Of a DNA stretch of 58,291 bases, positions 25,607-33,522 are shown piece by piece. A program made the translations under genes and the position numbers. This DNA is from Candidatus Gottesmanbacteria bacterium GW2011_GWC1_43_10 (GTDB lineage Bacteria; Patescibacteriota; Microgenomatia; UBA10105): assembly GCA_000995415.1 (NCBI GenBank), contig LCEX01000012.1, positions 1-58,291 on the forward strand, read 5' to 3'. The notes below the pieces were generated by a model, which was given only the letters and a program-made list of their open reading frames with translations, did not search any database and was not told the DNA's origin. Every line of letters begins with the position of its first letter. The first letter of the stretch is position 1.

Positions 25607-26725
25607 TCAATAGTTCTCTTGGATAAAATCTACGATGGCTTGGCCACTCGGGGTCAAATTTCCTCCTGAATCAGTAAACAGATCAACATCAGGAGTCCCG
25701 GAATTGTACCAAACAGCATAGGTGAGCCCGCTGTCTACTACGGCTTGGGCCAAAGCTTTGGCAGACTCGGCTTTTCCTTCTCCTTTTCGTTGTCCGATTT
25801 CATTATTCATCACCTTTTTATTTGTAAAGTCTTTGAGAAACTTCGCAGTTTCTGAAAACGCTTTGGCATCACGGATGTACCAATGGAAATTTATATAGTC
25901 GATACTGGACGTTTTATAAACCTCAAGGAGTTTTTCACCATTTCGAAGAAGCTCGCGCATCTCACTCGGGATTTCCGCTTCTTTTTTCACTTGACAATAT
26001 TTTTCACCTGCATCCTGATTTTGTTTGGTATAAAACGCGCGTTTGGCAAAATCGCAAGCAGCACTTGTTTTTCCTTGCTTTAGGTAATTTAACCAAGTCA
26101 GATGAGCTGCGGCTTCACTCGTCATGCCGCCATTACTACATGTAAACCCCAGTTGGTGGGCCACGCCGCAGGCGGCGTTTAATTCTTTGGCGTATTCACT
26201 GGCTGTATCGATACCATCATTTGGACTATCCCAAACTCCTTTTTGGGTGCCGTCATAATAAAACGGCGGGACATTTTCTTCATTTTCGACGACCACCACT
26301 TCTGGTTCATAGGCCTTGATGATTTGGGCAACTGCCTGTTTATATTTTTCTATGTCTTTGGGAGGTGTGGTGGGGATGCGGGCGTCAAACCCGACAGCAT
26401 TGACGCCATTATTTCGGATAGTCAAAATTGTCCCTAGTCCTGAAGCTTTAAACTTGGCACACTCGTCACATTTGCCGCCAGAACTCAGCCATTCTTCGAC
26501 AGTCACATCATTTGGCCGTTGGTAGACAAATCCCCAAGCTTTTTCTTTGGCCAGTATTTCCGGTGGGACTTGGTTTCCAACGCCGGCTTTCATGCCAAAA
26601 GGATTAGTGTTATTTATTGGTGAACGGGGAGAGACTTGAGGTTTCTTGGTGCGTTTATTGACCACAAAACCGATAAGAACTATAAGTAAAATGAAAAGGA
26701 GTACAAAAAGTAGCTTTGGTTTCAT
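25607..26725 (-). CDS. exported hypothetical protein, possible clan GH-A-like TIM-barrel hydrolase
   Basis: It has an N-terminal anchor. VVVENEENV and VMNNEIGQ resemble the acid/base and nucleophile strands of GH5-like enzymes. The call is weak. Confidence 0.3.
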   Translation of the reverse strand: MKPKLLFVLLFILLIVLIGFVVNKRTKKPQVSPRSPINNTNPFGMKAGVGNQVPPEILAKEKAWGFVYQRPNDVTVEEWLSSGGKCDECAKFKASGLGTILTIRNNGVNAVGFDARIPTTPPKDIEKYKQAVAQIIKAYEPEVVVVENEENVPPFYYDGTQKGVWDSPNDGIDTASEYAKELNAACGVAHQLGFTCSNGGMTSEAAAHLTWLNYLKQGKTSAACDFAKRAFYTKQNQDAGEKYCQVKKEAEIPSEMRELLRNGEKLLEVYKTSSIDYINFHWYIRDAKAFSETAKFLKDFTNKKVMNNEIGQRKGEGKAESAKALAQAVVDSGLTYAVWYNSGTPDVDLFTDSGGNLTPSGQAIVDFIQENY

Positions 26726-26788
26726 AGCCTCATGATACGGTACATGGATGATAAAGTATAGTTGAATAGTGTTTTTAACTTATCCTGA

Positions 26789-26797
26789 TGCTATAAT
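26789..26797 (+). promoter_or_regulatory. extended -10 TGcTATAAT, 6 nt upstream of ATG 26804
   Basis: Read directly from the sequence. Confidence 0.55.
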
Positions 26798-26803
26798 TTA
26801 TCT

Positions 26804-27067
26804 ATGAAAAACGCAATCATTCTTCACGGCGGACCAGATAAAAAAGAATACTATGATCCTAAAGCCCCGAGCATGAGTAATGCTCATTGGCTTCCTTGGT
26901 TGCAAGGACAACTGCTCAAAAACGAAATTACGGCAAGTACTCCGGAAGTTCCACATGCATTTGTGGAAAAGAAAAAACAAGCAAAAATAGATTTGTTGAG
27001 AAAAGAAGATGTTGGTTTGTCAATCTTATTGCTTGATGAACAAAAATTTGTGACACCTGTTTACTAG
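26804..27067 (+). pseudogene. truncated RBBP9/YdeN-family serine hydrolase (N-terminal ~55 aa only)
   Basis: MKNAIILHGGPDKKEYYDPKAPSMSNAHWLPWLQGQLLKNEITASTPEVP matches the family N-terminus. The rest (..VEKKKQAKIDLL..) is unrelated, and the nucleophile region is absent. Confidence 0.45.
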
Positions 27068-27068
27068 T

Positions 27069-27557
27069 ATGGAGAATTTGATTCAAGAAGCGGCGAAGGT
27101 GATAAGAAATATTTTGTATATCAACATTGCTTCGGTTACGCCGTCAGGTAAACCGTGGAATACTCCGGTATATTGTGCCTTTGATAAACAGCTCAATTTC
27201 TACTGGTTATCTTGGAGACAGAATCAACATTCCAAAAATATCCGCAGTAATTCCTCTGTGTTTGTGACTATATATGATTCGACCGTTGCCGCAAGTACCG
27301 GTTTTGGTGTTTACTTTGAAGGTAATGCTTACGAACTGACAAATCCGAAAGATATCATTTTGGGATTAAAAGCAGTATACGCACGGGAAAAAAGGAAACC
27401 CAGGGACGTTATCCAATTTTTAAAGAAATTCCCCAGACGTGCTTATAAGTTTGTCCCGGAAAAAATTTGGGTAAACGGAGATGGAGAGATTAATGGCAAC
27501 TACATAGATATGCGGACAGAGTTGGATTTGGAAAAGTTAAGATCAGTTATGAAATAG
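27069..27557 (+). CDS. pyridoxamine 5'-phosphate oxidase-like FMN-binding family protein
   Basis: The split-barrel-type pattern is ..INIASVTPSGKPWNTPVYCAFD..FYWLSW..HSKNI. Confidence 0.55.
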   Translation: MENLIQEAAKVIRNILYINIASVTPSGKPWNTPVYCAFDKQLNFYWLSWRQNQHSKNIRSNSSVFVTIYDSTVAASTGFGVYFEGNAYELTNPKDIILGLKAVYAREKRKPRDVIQFLKKFPRRAYKFVPEKIWVNGDGEINGNYIDMRTELDLEKLRSVMK

Positions 27558-27574
27558 TATTTTCAAAATGGCTA

Positions 27575-27614
27575 TTGCATAGATTCACGTATTTTTGCAT
27601 ACTATGCATAGATT
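27575..27614 (+). promoter_or_regulatory. candidate promoter TTGCAT-N19-TACTAT with palindrome TGCATAcTATGCA and direct repeat TGCATAGATT x2
   Basis: The -35 is at 27575-27580 and the -10 at 27600-27605. The palindrome is at 27596-27608. The direct repeats are at 27576-27585 and 27605-27614. The site is upstream of the MerR-type HTH gene. Confidence 0.4.
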
Positions 27615-27628
27615 TGAAGGATTAACCT

Positions 27629-28363
27629 ATGCAAAATAATCTAATTTCAATAGGAGAAGCCGCAAAGCTCCTTGGCGTTTCAATTGATACATTGAGACGT
27701 TGGGATGTAGTTGGACGTTTATTGTCGGTTCGAACTGGCGTGCGCGGCCATCGGTTTTATCGTCAATCCGATATTTCAGAGTTTTTGCAGGATATTGAGA
27801 CAAAAGCCGACAAATGGGTGCAATCTGCTCACGGAGTTGAACCAGAGCCTGAGATGTATTGTCAAACTCGAGATGTGTTTCAAGCTCGACTCGAACAGTT
27901 CCAATCAAAACTAAGTCGCCTAGTATCATTGCCCATCGTATCACTTGTTACTGCGGTTGCCGGTGAGATTGGTAACAATTCATTTGACCATAATTTGGGT
28001 AACTGGCACGATATCCCAGGCGTTTTTTTCTCATATTCTATTCGTAATAGAGAAGTCATATTAGCTGATCGAGGTCAAGGTGTCTTAACAACGCTCAAAC
28101 GGGTACGACCAGAGTTGAATCGCGCAGATGAGGCATTAAAAGTAGCTTTCACTGAAACCATCTCCGGTCGATTTCCTGAAGCACGGGGAAACGGGTTGAA
28201 ATTTGTAAGATCAATTATTATCGCTCATCCATTAACGTTGTATTTTCGGACTGGCGATGCGTGTCTATACCTAAAACAAAACAGTAAATATGTGATGATT
28301 CGTCAGTCAGAAACACCAATCAAAGGTTGTTTTGCTACAATAGGATTTGAGGAGGCAGTATGA
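27629..28363 (+). CDS. MerR/excisionase-type HTH fused to a GHKL (SpoIIAB/RsbW-like) ATPase/kinase domain
   Basis: The HTH is ISIGEAAKLLGVSIDTLRRWDVVGRL..HRFYRQSDISEFL. The N box is EIGNNSFDHN, the G1 box is LADRGQGV and the G2 box is ARGNGLKFV. Confidence 0.65.
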   Translation: MQNNLISIGEAAKLLGVSIDTLRRWDVVGRLLSVRTGVRGHRFYRQSDISEFLQDIETKADKWVQSAHGVEPEPEMYCQTRDVFQARLEQFQSKLSRLVSLPIVSLVTAVAGEIGNNSFDHNLGNWHDIPGVFFSYSIRNREVILADRGQGVLTTLKRVRPELNRADEALKVAFTETISGRFPEARGNGLKFVRSIIIAHPLTLYFRTGDACLYLKQNSKYVMIRQSETPIKGCFATIGFEEAV

Positions 28364-28626
28364 TTATTCAGGTAAAGAAATTTGGCACCACATTAGTATC
28401 TCGTCCTTCAGGAAAAGAAGCCTGGTTAGCATTTCAACCGGTTTTAAATGAAATTTCAAATGAGGAAGATATAATTGTAGATTTTAGCGATGTAATTGTT
28501 TTAACTCCTTCATGGGCAGATGAATTTTTGACACCGCTTCGAGAGCGTTTCCAAAACCGAGTCAAACTTCAACATACCGATAATCCTTCTGTCATAGCGA
28601 CACTCGCAATACTTGTAAAACAATGA
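28360..28626 (+). CDS. STAS-like DUF4325 protein
   Basis: ..LVSRPSGKEAWLAFQPVLNE..DIIVDFSDVIVLTPSWADEFLTPL.. is present. Its ATG overlaps the upstream stop in ATGA. Confidence 0.7.
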   Translation: MIIQVKKFGTTLVSRPSGKEAWLAFQPVLNEISNEEDIIVDFSDVIVLTPSWADEFLTPLRERFQNRVKLQHTDNPSVIATLAILVKQ

Positions 28627-28802
28627 AAGACATGAATAAAACCATCTTTCTTTGCGCGAGTATGATCTTTTATCGAGATTTCGTAGAAATTAAAGAGCAG
28701 CTTGTGGTAAAAAGATTTACGGTGAAAATTCCTTATTCAGCTCGCGTCATGAAAAGGAATAATGACTTTGAGGTGTCACATTTTAAGGGTGTCTATACTT
28801 AA
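28623..28802 (+). pseudogene. 59-aa remnant resembling the N-terminus of nucleoside 2-deoxyribosyltransferase-like proteins
   Basis: MKDMNKTIFLCASMIFYRDFVEIKEQLVVKRFTVKIPY.. is present. Its ATG overlaps the DUF4325 stop in ATGA. Family members are usually about 130-150 aa. The ORF is below the track's size cutoff. Confidence 0.3.
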
Positions 28803-28883
28803 AAACAAAAAGCAAAGATAATTGGTGATAATTTCCAAGATCTAGTTTCAAATTGTTGCTTGATATGATATTCTAGGAAGATT

Positions 28884-29417
28884 ATGGATAACAACGACAA
28901 ATGTCCCAAATGTGGAGCACCACTTGGGGAGATCATCGAAACCAAAAACGGGCGCAAGTTGCAGCGCTGCAGTACAGCTAGCCCCTGGGATCCCAAAGTC
29001 AAGCCAACCGGATGTACATATGTGAAGTGGTTACAGGTTGAGCCCAAACAACTCGATGAGAAATGTCCCAAATGCGGTAATCCGTTGGTGCTAGCTGTGA
29101 CGCGGTTTGGTAAAAAAATGAAAAAGTGTAGTACTGGTGGGTGGGATGCAGTAGCCAAAAAAGCCACCGGGTGTGATTACATCGAGTGGATTAACGGCAC
29201 GACTGAAAAACTTGATGAAAAATGTCCGGAATGTGGTAATCCGTTGGTACTGTTTACAACAGCTAAGGGCAAACGCCTCAAAAAGTGTTCCACCGCCGGT
29301 TGGGACCGGGTAGCGCGTAAAGCTACAGGATGCACCTATGTCGAATGGCTCAAAGCAGATGCTACTTCTACACCAGCCAATGGTGAAGAATTTCTGCCTC
29401 CGGAACCTGCAGGTTAA
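28884..29417 (+). CDS. stand-alone protein made of three topoisomerase-type C4 zinc-ribbon repeats (YrdD-like)
   Basis: Three ~55-aa repeats are present: CPKCGAPL..RCST..GCTYVKW, CPKCGNPL..KCSTGGWD..GCDYIEW and CPECGNPL..KCSTAGWD..GCTYVEW. Confidence 0.75.
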   Translation: MDNNDKCPKCGAPLGEIIETKNGRKLQRCSTASPWDPKVKPTGCTYVKWLQVEPKQLDEKCPKCGNPLVLAVTRFGKKMKKCSTGGWDAVAKKATGCDYIEWINGTTEKLDEKCPECGNPLVLFTTAKGKRLKKCSTAGWDRVARKATGCTYVEWLKADATSTPANGEEFLPPEPAG

Positions 29418-29481
29418 TATCTTGGGAACTTTTTAATTAAGCCCCAAATTATCACTTTTATCTTCTGTTATAATTCGACAT

Positions 29482-29559
29482 ATGCAAGTTACTCTTTTGA
29501 TGACCAACTCAACGACCAGTTGTTGCAAGTACGTTATTTTGTTAAAAAATAACTTATGA
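29482..29559 (+). CDS. 25-aa upstream mini-ORF overlapping the MGMT start (ATGA)
   Basis: TGtTATAAT (29466-29474) lies 7 nt upstream of ATG 29482. The peptide is MQVTLLMTNSTTSCCKYVILLKNNL. Its TGA 29557-29559 overlaps ATG 29556. The MGMT gene has no SD. Confidence 0.3.
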   Translation: MQVTLLMTNSTTSCCKYVILLKNNL

Positions 29560-29858
29560 CTTTTCGCGAGAAAGTATACGAAATTACCAAACAGATTCCT
29601 AAAGGCAAAGTAGCCACTTACGGACAACTGGCGCGCCTAGTTGGCAATGCAAAAGCAGCTCGGGCGGTGGGAACATTCATGAGAGTTAATCCCAATGCGC
29701 CGCATACTCCGTGTCACCGCGTCGTGGCGCAAGATGGCAGTCTGACCGGTTATTCAGGCGTTGGGGGAGTGGCGGGCAAAAAGAAAATGTTACTTACTGA
29801 AGGCGTGTTTTTTCAAGGAGATAAAGTCGATTTATCCCGCTCAGGATGGCAGAAATAA
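29556..29858 (+). CDS. MGMT-family methylated-DNA--protein-cysteine methyltransferase (C-terminal domain only, active Cys retained)
   Basis: TYGQLARLVGNAKAARAVG...PCHRVV is present. Confidence 0.85.
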   Translation: MTFREKVYEITKQIPKGKVATYGQLARLVGNAKAARAVGTFMRVNPNAPHTPCHRVVAQDGSLTGYSGVGGVAGKKKMLLTEGVFFQGDKVDLSRSGWQK

Positions 29859-29959
29859 GTCTCTTTTCGAGGCTAAAACCTATAGTGTCTATTGTGGATT
29901 ATTCTCTTTAATGCTACACTTACTCCTGCCTTTATAAATCGGACTTTTTGTCAAGCCAG

Positions 29960-30014
29960 GATAAAGATACCTCACTCATATCTTCTTTTATATCTTTTCT
30001 GCTATTTCTTTAAA
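29960..30014 (+). promoter_or_regulatory. leader motif copy A (upstream of the 30080 gene)
   Basis: GATAAAGATACCTCACTCATATCTTCTTTTATATCTTTTCTGCTATTTCTTTAAA is closely similar to 30486-30544. Confidence 0.5.
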
Positions 30015-30079
30015 CATGATTGTTAAGTAAAGTTGCACTAGAAATTTGATAAGTAGAGGATTTTGGAAAAGGGAAAAAT

Positions 30080-30346
30080 ATGGCAATGACCTTATGTATT
30101 CGGTGCGGTAAATTGCGAATACTCGATAAAACCTGGAAAGAGCAAATAGGTTTATCCCTAGTTACCTATACCTCAACTATTTGCCCCGATCCTGTCTGCC
30201 AAAAAGCGGTTGAGACCATTTTGAAAGATAGGCACGATGTAAATGATGCCAGAATGAAAGCCTCTATCAAAAGACGCACCGAGAATCGAAAAAGAGGGAT
30301 GGAGGTGCGCCGGGCTAAAAATCGTGTTGATTTGTACCTGAAGTGA
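30080..30346 (+). CDS. small zinc-ribbon protein with a basic C-terminal tail
   Basis: CIRCG...CPDPVC is followed by a K/R-rich tail (KRRTENRKRGMEVRRAKNR). Confidence 0.45.
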   Translation: MAMTLCIRCGKLRILDKTWKEQIGLSLVTYTSTICPDPVCQKAVETILKDRHDVNDARMKASIKRRTENRKRGMEVRRAKNRVDLYLK

Positions 30347-30388
30347 CGTTGGAAGGCTGTTTTAAAGCCCTTTTTGTCCTATAGTTAG

Positions 30389-30417
30389 TTGACAACTGGT
30401 TCCAAATAGTGTATACT
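30389..30417 (+). promoter_or_regulatory. consensus-like promoter TTGACA-N17-TATACT
   Basis: Read directly. It would give a ~175-nt leader for the DEAD-box helicase gene. Confidence 0.6.
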
Positions 30418-30485
30418 ACCAGAAGTTAAATAGCAGATTGAAGCAATAGATCTGCTTAAATTTGAACCTATTTTAGGAAGTTTTA

Positions 30486-30544
30486 GATAAAGATACTTCA
30501 AGACTTATCTTCTTTTATTTGTATCTTTTCTTCTCTTTCAAAAT
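30486..30544 (+). promoter_or_regulatory. leader motif copy B (in the helicase 5' leader)
   Basis: GATAAAGATACTTCAAGACTTATCTTCTTTTATTTGTATCTTTTCTTCTCTTTCAAAA. Confidence 0.5.
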
Positions 30545-30600
30545 ATTTTTTCTAAACTTAAGCAGGTTTATGGCTTTATTTAAGTATCACCTATAAATCT

Positions 30601-31845
30601 ATGATTCATACAAGGTACTTCTCTAGGAGATCAACCAATTCCCATTTTAGCTTGGGTAATGGTCGTCATGGTCGGGGAGCCAGTTTTCGCGGACACGCTT
30701 CTTCATCGGGTAGGGGATTTCATGGGGGCGCTCGGCGATCGGTCAAAACGTTGGATCCGGCGCTGCTAATGAAAAAAGCTGCAGAACTGGTGCCGCAGGT
30801 GGCATATTTACCCAAACATGCTTTTAGCGATTTTCCGATGCATCCGCAACTTAAGCAAAACATCATTCTTCGTGGTTATACTATTCCAACGCCCATTCAA
30901 GACCAGGCTATCGGGCCGATTTTGGAGGGAAAAGATGTGGTGGGGATAGCCAATACCGGAACAGGTAAAACTGCGGCATTTCTTTTGCCGCTTTTACATA
31001 AAATTACCCATGATAGGACTCAACGAGTGCTGATCGTTGCCCCAACCCGGGAATTGGCTGTGCAAATATTGGAAGAATGTCGGGCTTTTGCTAGAGGTTT
31101 GGAGATTTTTTCAACTCTGTGTATTGGAGGCGTCAGTATCAGACCCCAGGTCGAAAACTTGCGCCGTCATCCCCATATAGTGATTGGAACGCCGGGCAGA
31201 CTCAAAGATTTGAAAAATCAAAACAAATTATCAATTGCCCTGTTTTCCAATATCGTTTTGGATGAAGTTGATAGGATGCTGGATATGGGTTTTGTCAGAG
31301 ATGTCGAGTTTCTGATTTCACATTTGCCAAAGGTGCGTCAGTCGCTTTTTTTCTCAGCCACACTCACCCCAAACGTGAATCAAGTGATGCAAAAGCTACT
31401 TACCAACCCGGTGACTATTTCGGTTAAAGCCCAGGAAACTCTACACAATATAGACCAAGACGTTATCAAAACCAACGGACGAGTTAAACTGGATATTCTA
31501 CATGACCTACTAAATCAGGAAGCTTTTAAAAAGGTTCTAGTTTTTGGTCGCACCAAGTGGGGGATAGAAAAACTGGCGAAACAACTGAGCGTAAAGGGCA
31601 TTACAGTAGCAGCCCTACACGGAAACAAAAATCAAAACCAGCGGCAACGGGCACTTGCCGAATTTAAACAAAATAGAGTTAATGTGCTTTTGGCTACTGA
31701 TATCGCTTCCCGCGGTCTCGATATTCCCGACGTGACGCATGTAATCAACTTTGATCTTCCGGAAACTTACGAAGACTATATCCACCGGATCGGTAGGACC
31801 GGTAGGGCTGGTAAAAAAGGCATAGCCTTAAGTTTTGTAGAATAA
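30601..31845 (+). CDS. DEAD-box ATP-dependent RNA helicase (motif II reads DEVD) with an RG-rich N-terminal extension
   Basis: The motifs are Q (GYTIPTPIQ), I (ANTGTGKTAAF), Ia (PTRELA), II (LDEVDRM), III (SAT) and VI (HRIGRTGRAG). Confidence 0.9.
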   Translation: MIHTRYFSRRSTNSHFSLGNGRHGRGASFRGHASSSGRGFHGGARRSVKTLDPALLMKKAAELVPQVAYLPKHAFSDFPMHPQLKQNIILRGYTIPTPIQDQAIGPILEGKDVVGIANTGTGKTAAFLLPLLHKITHDRTQRVLIVAPTRELAVQILEECRAFARGLEIFSTLCIGGVSIRPQVENLRRHPHIVIGTPGRLKDLKNQNKLSIALFSNIVLDEVDRMLDMGFVRDVEFLISHLPKVRQSLFFSATLTPNVNQVMQKLLTNPVTISVKAQETLHNIDQDVIKTNGRVKLDILHDLLNQEAFKKVLVFGRTKWGIEKLAKQLSVKGITVAALHGNKNQNQRQRALAEFKQNRVNVLLATDIASRGLDIPDVTHVINFDLPETYEDYIHRIGRTGRAGKKGIALSFVE

Positions 31846-31943
31846 ATCAAGGCTTCCATACCTTCATAATTCACTTATAACTCCTATTACGATATAATTA
31901 TCATCTCTAGTAAAAGACAAAAAATATTTGACCAACCACAGTT

Positions 31944-33134
31944 ATGACTGATTACCGCTTTGCCAAACGGGTGGCAGCTGTACCTGATGCAGGCATCGGG
32001 ACGATCATGAGCTATGCTGCTCAATTTAAAGATACTATTTCTTTAGGTCAAGGCGCGCCCCAATTTCCAACTCCCCAATTTGTTTACGATCAACTCCATC
32101 AGCGCTCTAAAGTAGATCCCGCACTAGGCATGTATAATTCGACCAATGACAAAATCCAACTAGGCTTAAAGGAATTACTAGCCAAAGACATCGCCAAAAA
32201 GTACGGGTTTACACCCAGTATTGACGAATTATATTTAACTCTGGGAGGCATAGGCGGATTATTTGCTACCCTGATGAGTATATTGGAAAAAGGCGACGAA
32301 GTCGTCTTTTTTGATCCCAGCTATCCTTTACATCTATCACAAGTTTATTTAACCCAGGCGACACCGGTTTTTGTCCCTCTTAAGGAAGATGATAACTGGG
32401 CAATTGATATAGAAAGATTGCAAAAAAGTATTACCAAAAAAACCAAAGCGATTATCCTCACCAATCCCAATAACCCCACAGGAACAATTTTGACTAAAGC
32501 CCAAGTGCAAGCATTAGCTCAAATTATTCTGGAGCACAAGCTTTTTTTGGTTTTGGATGAAGCATACGAATACTTGACATACGAACAACCATTGTTTAGT
32601 CCACTTCTGATTCCAGAGCTTCGGGAGCGGACCATTTTGAGTAAGAGCTTTTCCAAAGAGTATGCGATGACCGGATGGAGAATCGGATATGTTTGGGCAC
32701 CATCGGAGATCATCAATAAAATCCACAACGTCCACCTTTACTTTACGATCAATCCGGCGACAGTTTCGATTGTGGCTGCTACCATCGTTTTGAGCGATCC
32801 GCGTGGCAAAAAAGCCATGATGCAATTTGTGGACCAAATTAGACAGAGTCGGGAAGTGATTTGCCAAAGGATTGACGGCTTAAAAAGCCTATTTACATAC
32901 ACTAAACCGCAAGGGTCGTTTTATCTCTTCCCCAAAATCTTATTACCCAACTCTAGCGGACTGGATTTTGCCAAAAGGTTAGTTCGGGAAACGGGAGTGA
33001 TCACTGTACCAGGAGAGAGTATGGGACCAGCGGGCAAAGGACATTTACGTTTATCCTTTTCGGCCAAGCCACAACTCATTGATCGTGCCTTTGACCGGAT
33101 CGATGTTTTCGTAAAAAAACTGCGACTGGTTTAA
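31944..33134 (+). CDS. class I/II pyridoxal-phosphate-dependent aminotransferase
   Basis: NPNNPTG, DEAY and the PLP lysine context SFSKEYAMTGWRIGY are present. Confidence 0.9.
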   Translation: MTDYRFAKRVAAVPDAGIGTIMSYAAQFKDTISLGQGAPQFPTPQFVYDQLHQRSKVDPALGMYNSTNDKIQLGLKELLAKDIAKKYGFTPSIDELYLTLGGIGGLFATLMSILEKGDEVVFFDPSYPLHLSQVYLTQATPVFVPLKEDDNWAIDIERLQKSITKKTKAIILTNPNNPTGTILTKAQVQALAQIILEHKLFLVLDEAYEYLTYEQPLFSPLLIPELRERTILSKSFSKEYAMTGWRIGYVWAPSEIINKIHNVHLYFTINPATVSIVAATIVLSDPRGKKAMMQFVDQIRQSREVICQRIDGLKSLFTYTKPQGSFYLFPKILLPNSSGLDFAKRLVRETGVITVPGESMGPAGKGHLRLSFSAKPQLIDRAFDRIDVFVKKLRLV

Positions 33135-33147
33135 TTCTCTTTCAAAA

Positions 33148-33357
33148 TCAACCCTTCTTGAGTAGTGGTAGGCCGGTGCGGCGGCTGTGAATGATTTTAT
33201 AGCCCGCCGGCAGCTCGTCTATCGCGTATTTACCCTTTTTTGGTGAGAAATAGTAAATCGTTTGCTTGAGACCACTACCTTTGAGTTTGACTGTCTGGGA
33301 ATGCAGATTGTAGACACGGCCAGTAGACGTTTTGTGTTGAAAAACCATATGTTTCAC
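33148..33357 (-). CDS. hypothetical small basic protein
   Basis: A 69-aa ORF. No family was recognised. Confidence 0.35.
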   Translation of the reverse strand: MKHMVFQHKTSTGRVYNLHSQTVKLKGSGLKQTIYYFSPKKGKYAIDELPAGYKIIHSRRTGLPLLKKG

Positions 33358-33446
33358 CCCTCTTTCTTACCTTCATTAAACACCGTGCCCAGATAGCTTG
33401 TCAAACATCTGTATCTCTCGGGACCAAGCAAACTGGGAGCAAATGG

Positions 33447-33454
33447 TGTATAAT
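33447..33454 (+). promoter_or_regulatory. TGTATAAT -10 element upstream of the typA leader
   Basis: TATAAT is at 33449-33454, preceded directly by TG. Confidence 0.45.
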
Positions 33455-33491
33455 CTAAAGGTAGTTGCCCAGAAATACTAGATTTTGAGGG

Positions 33492-33522
33492 CCCGCATGT
33501 CAACATGCGGGTATTGTTTTTT
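33492..33522 (+). terminator. terminator-like hairpin plus U-tract abutting the typA start codon
   Basis: CCCGCATG-tcaa-CATGCGGG (8 bp) is followed by TATTGTTTTTT and then ATG 33523. No upstream + strand gene ends here. Confidence 0.55.
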
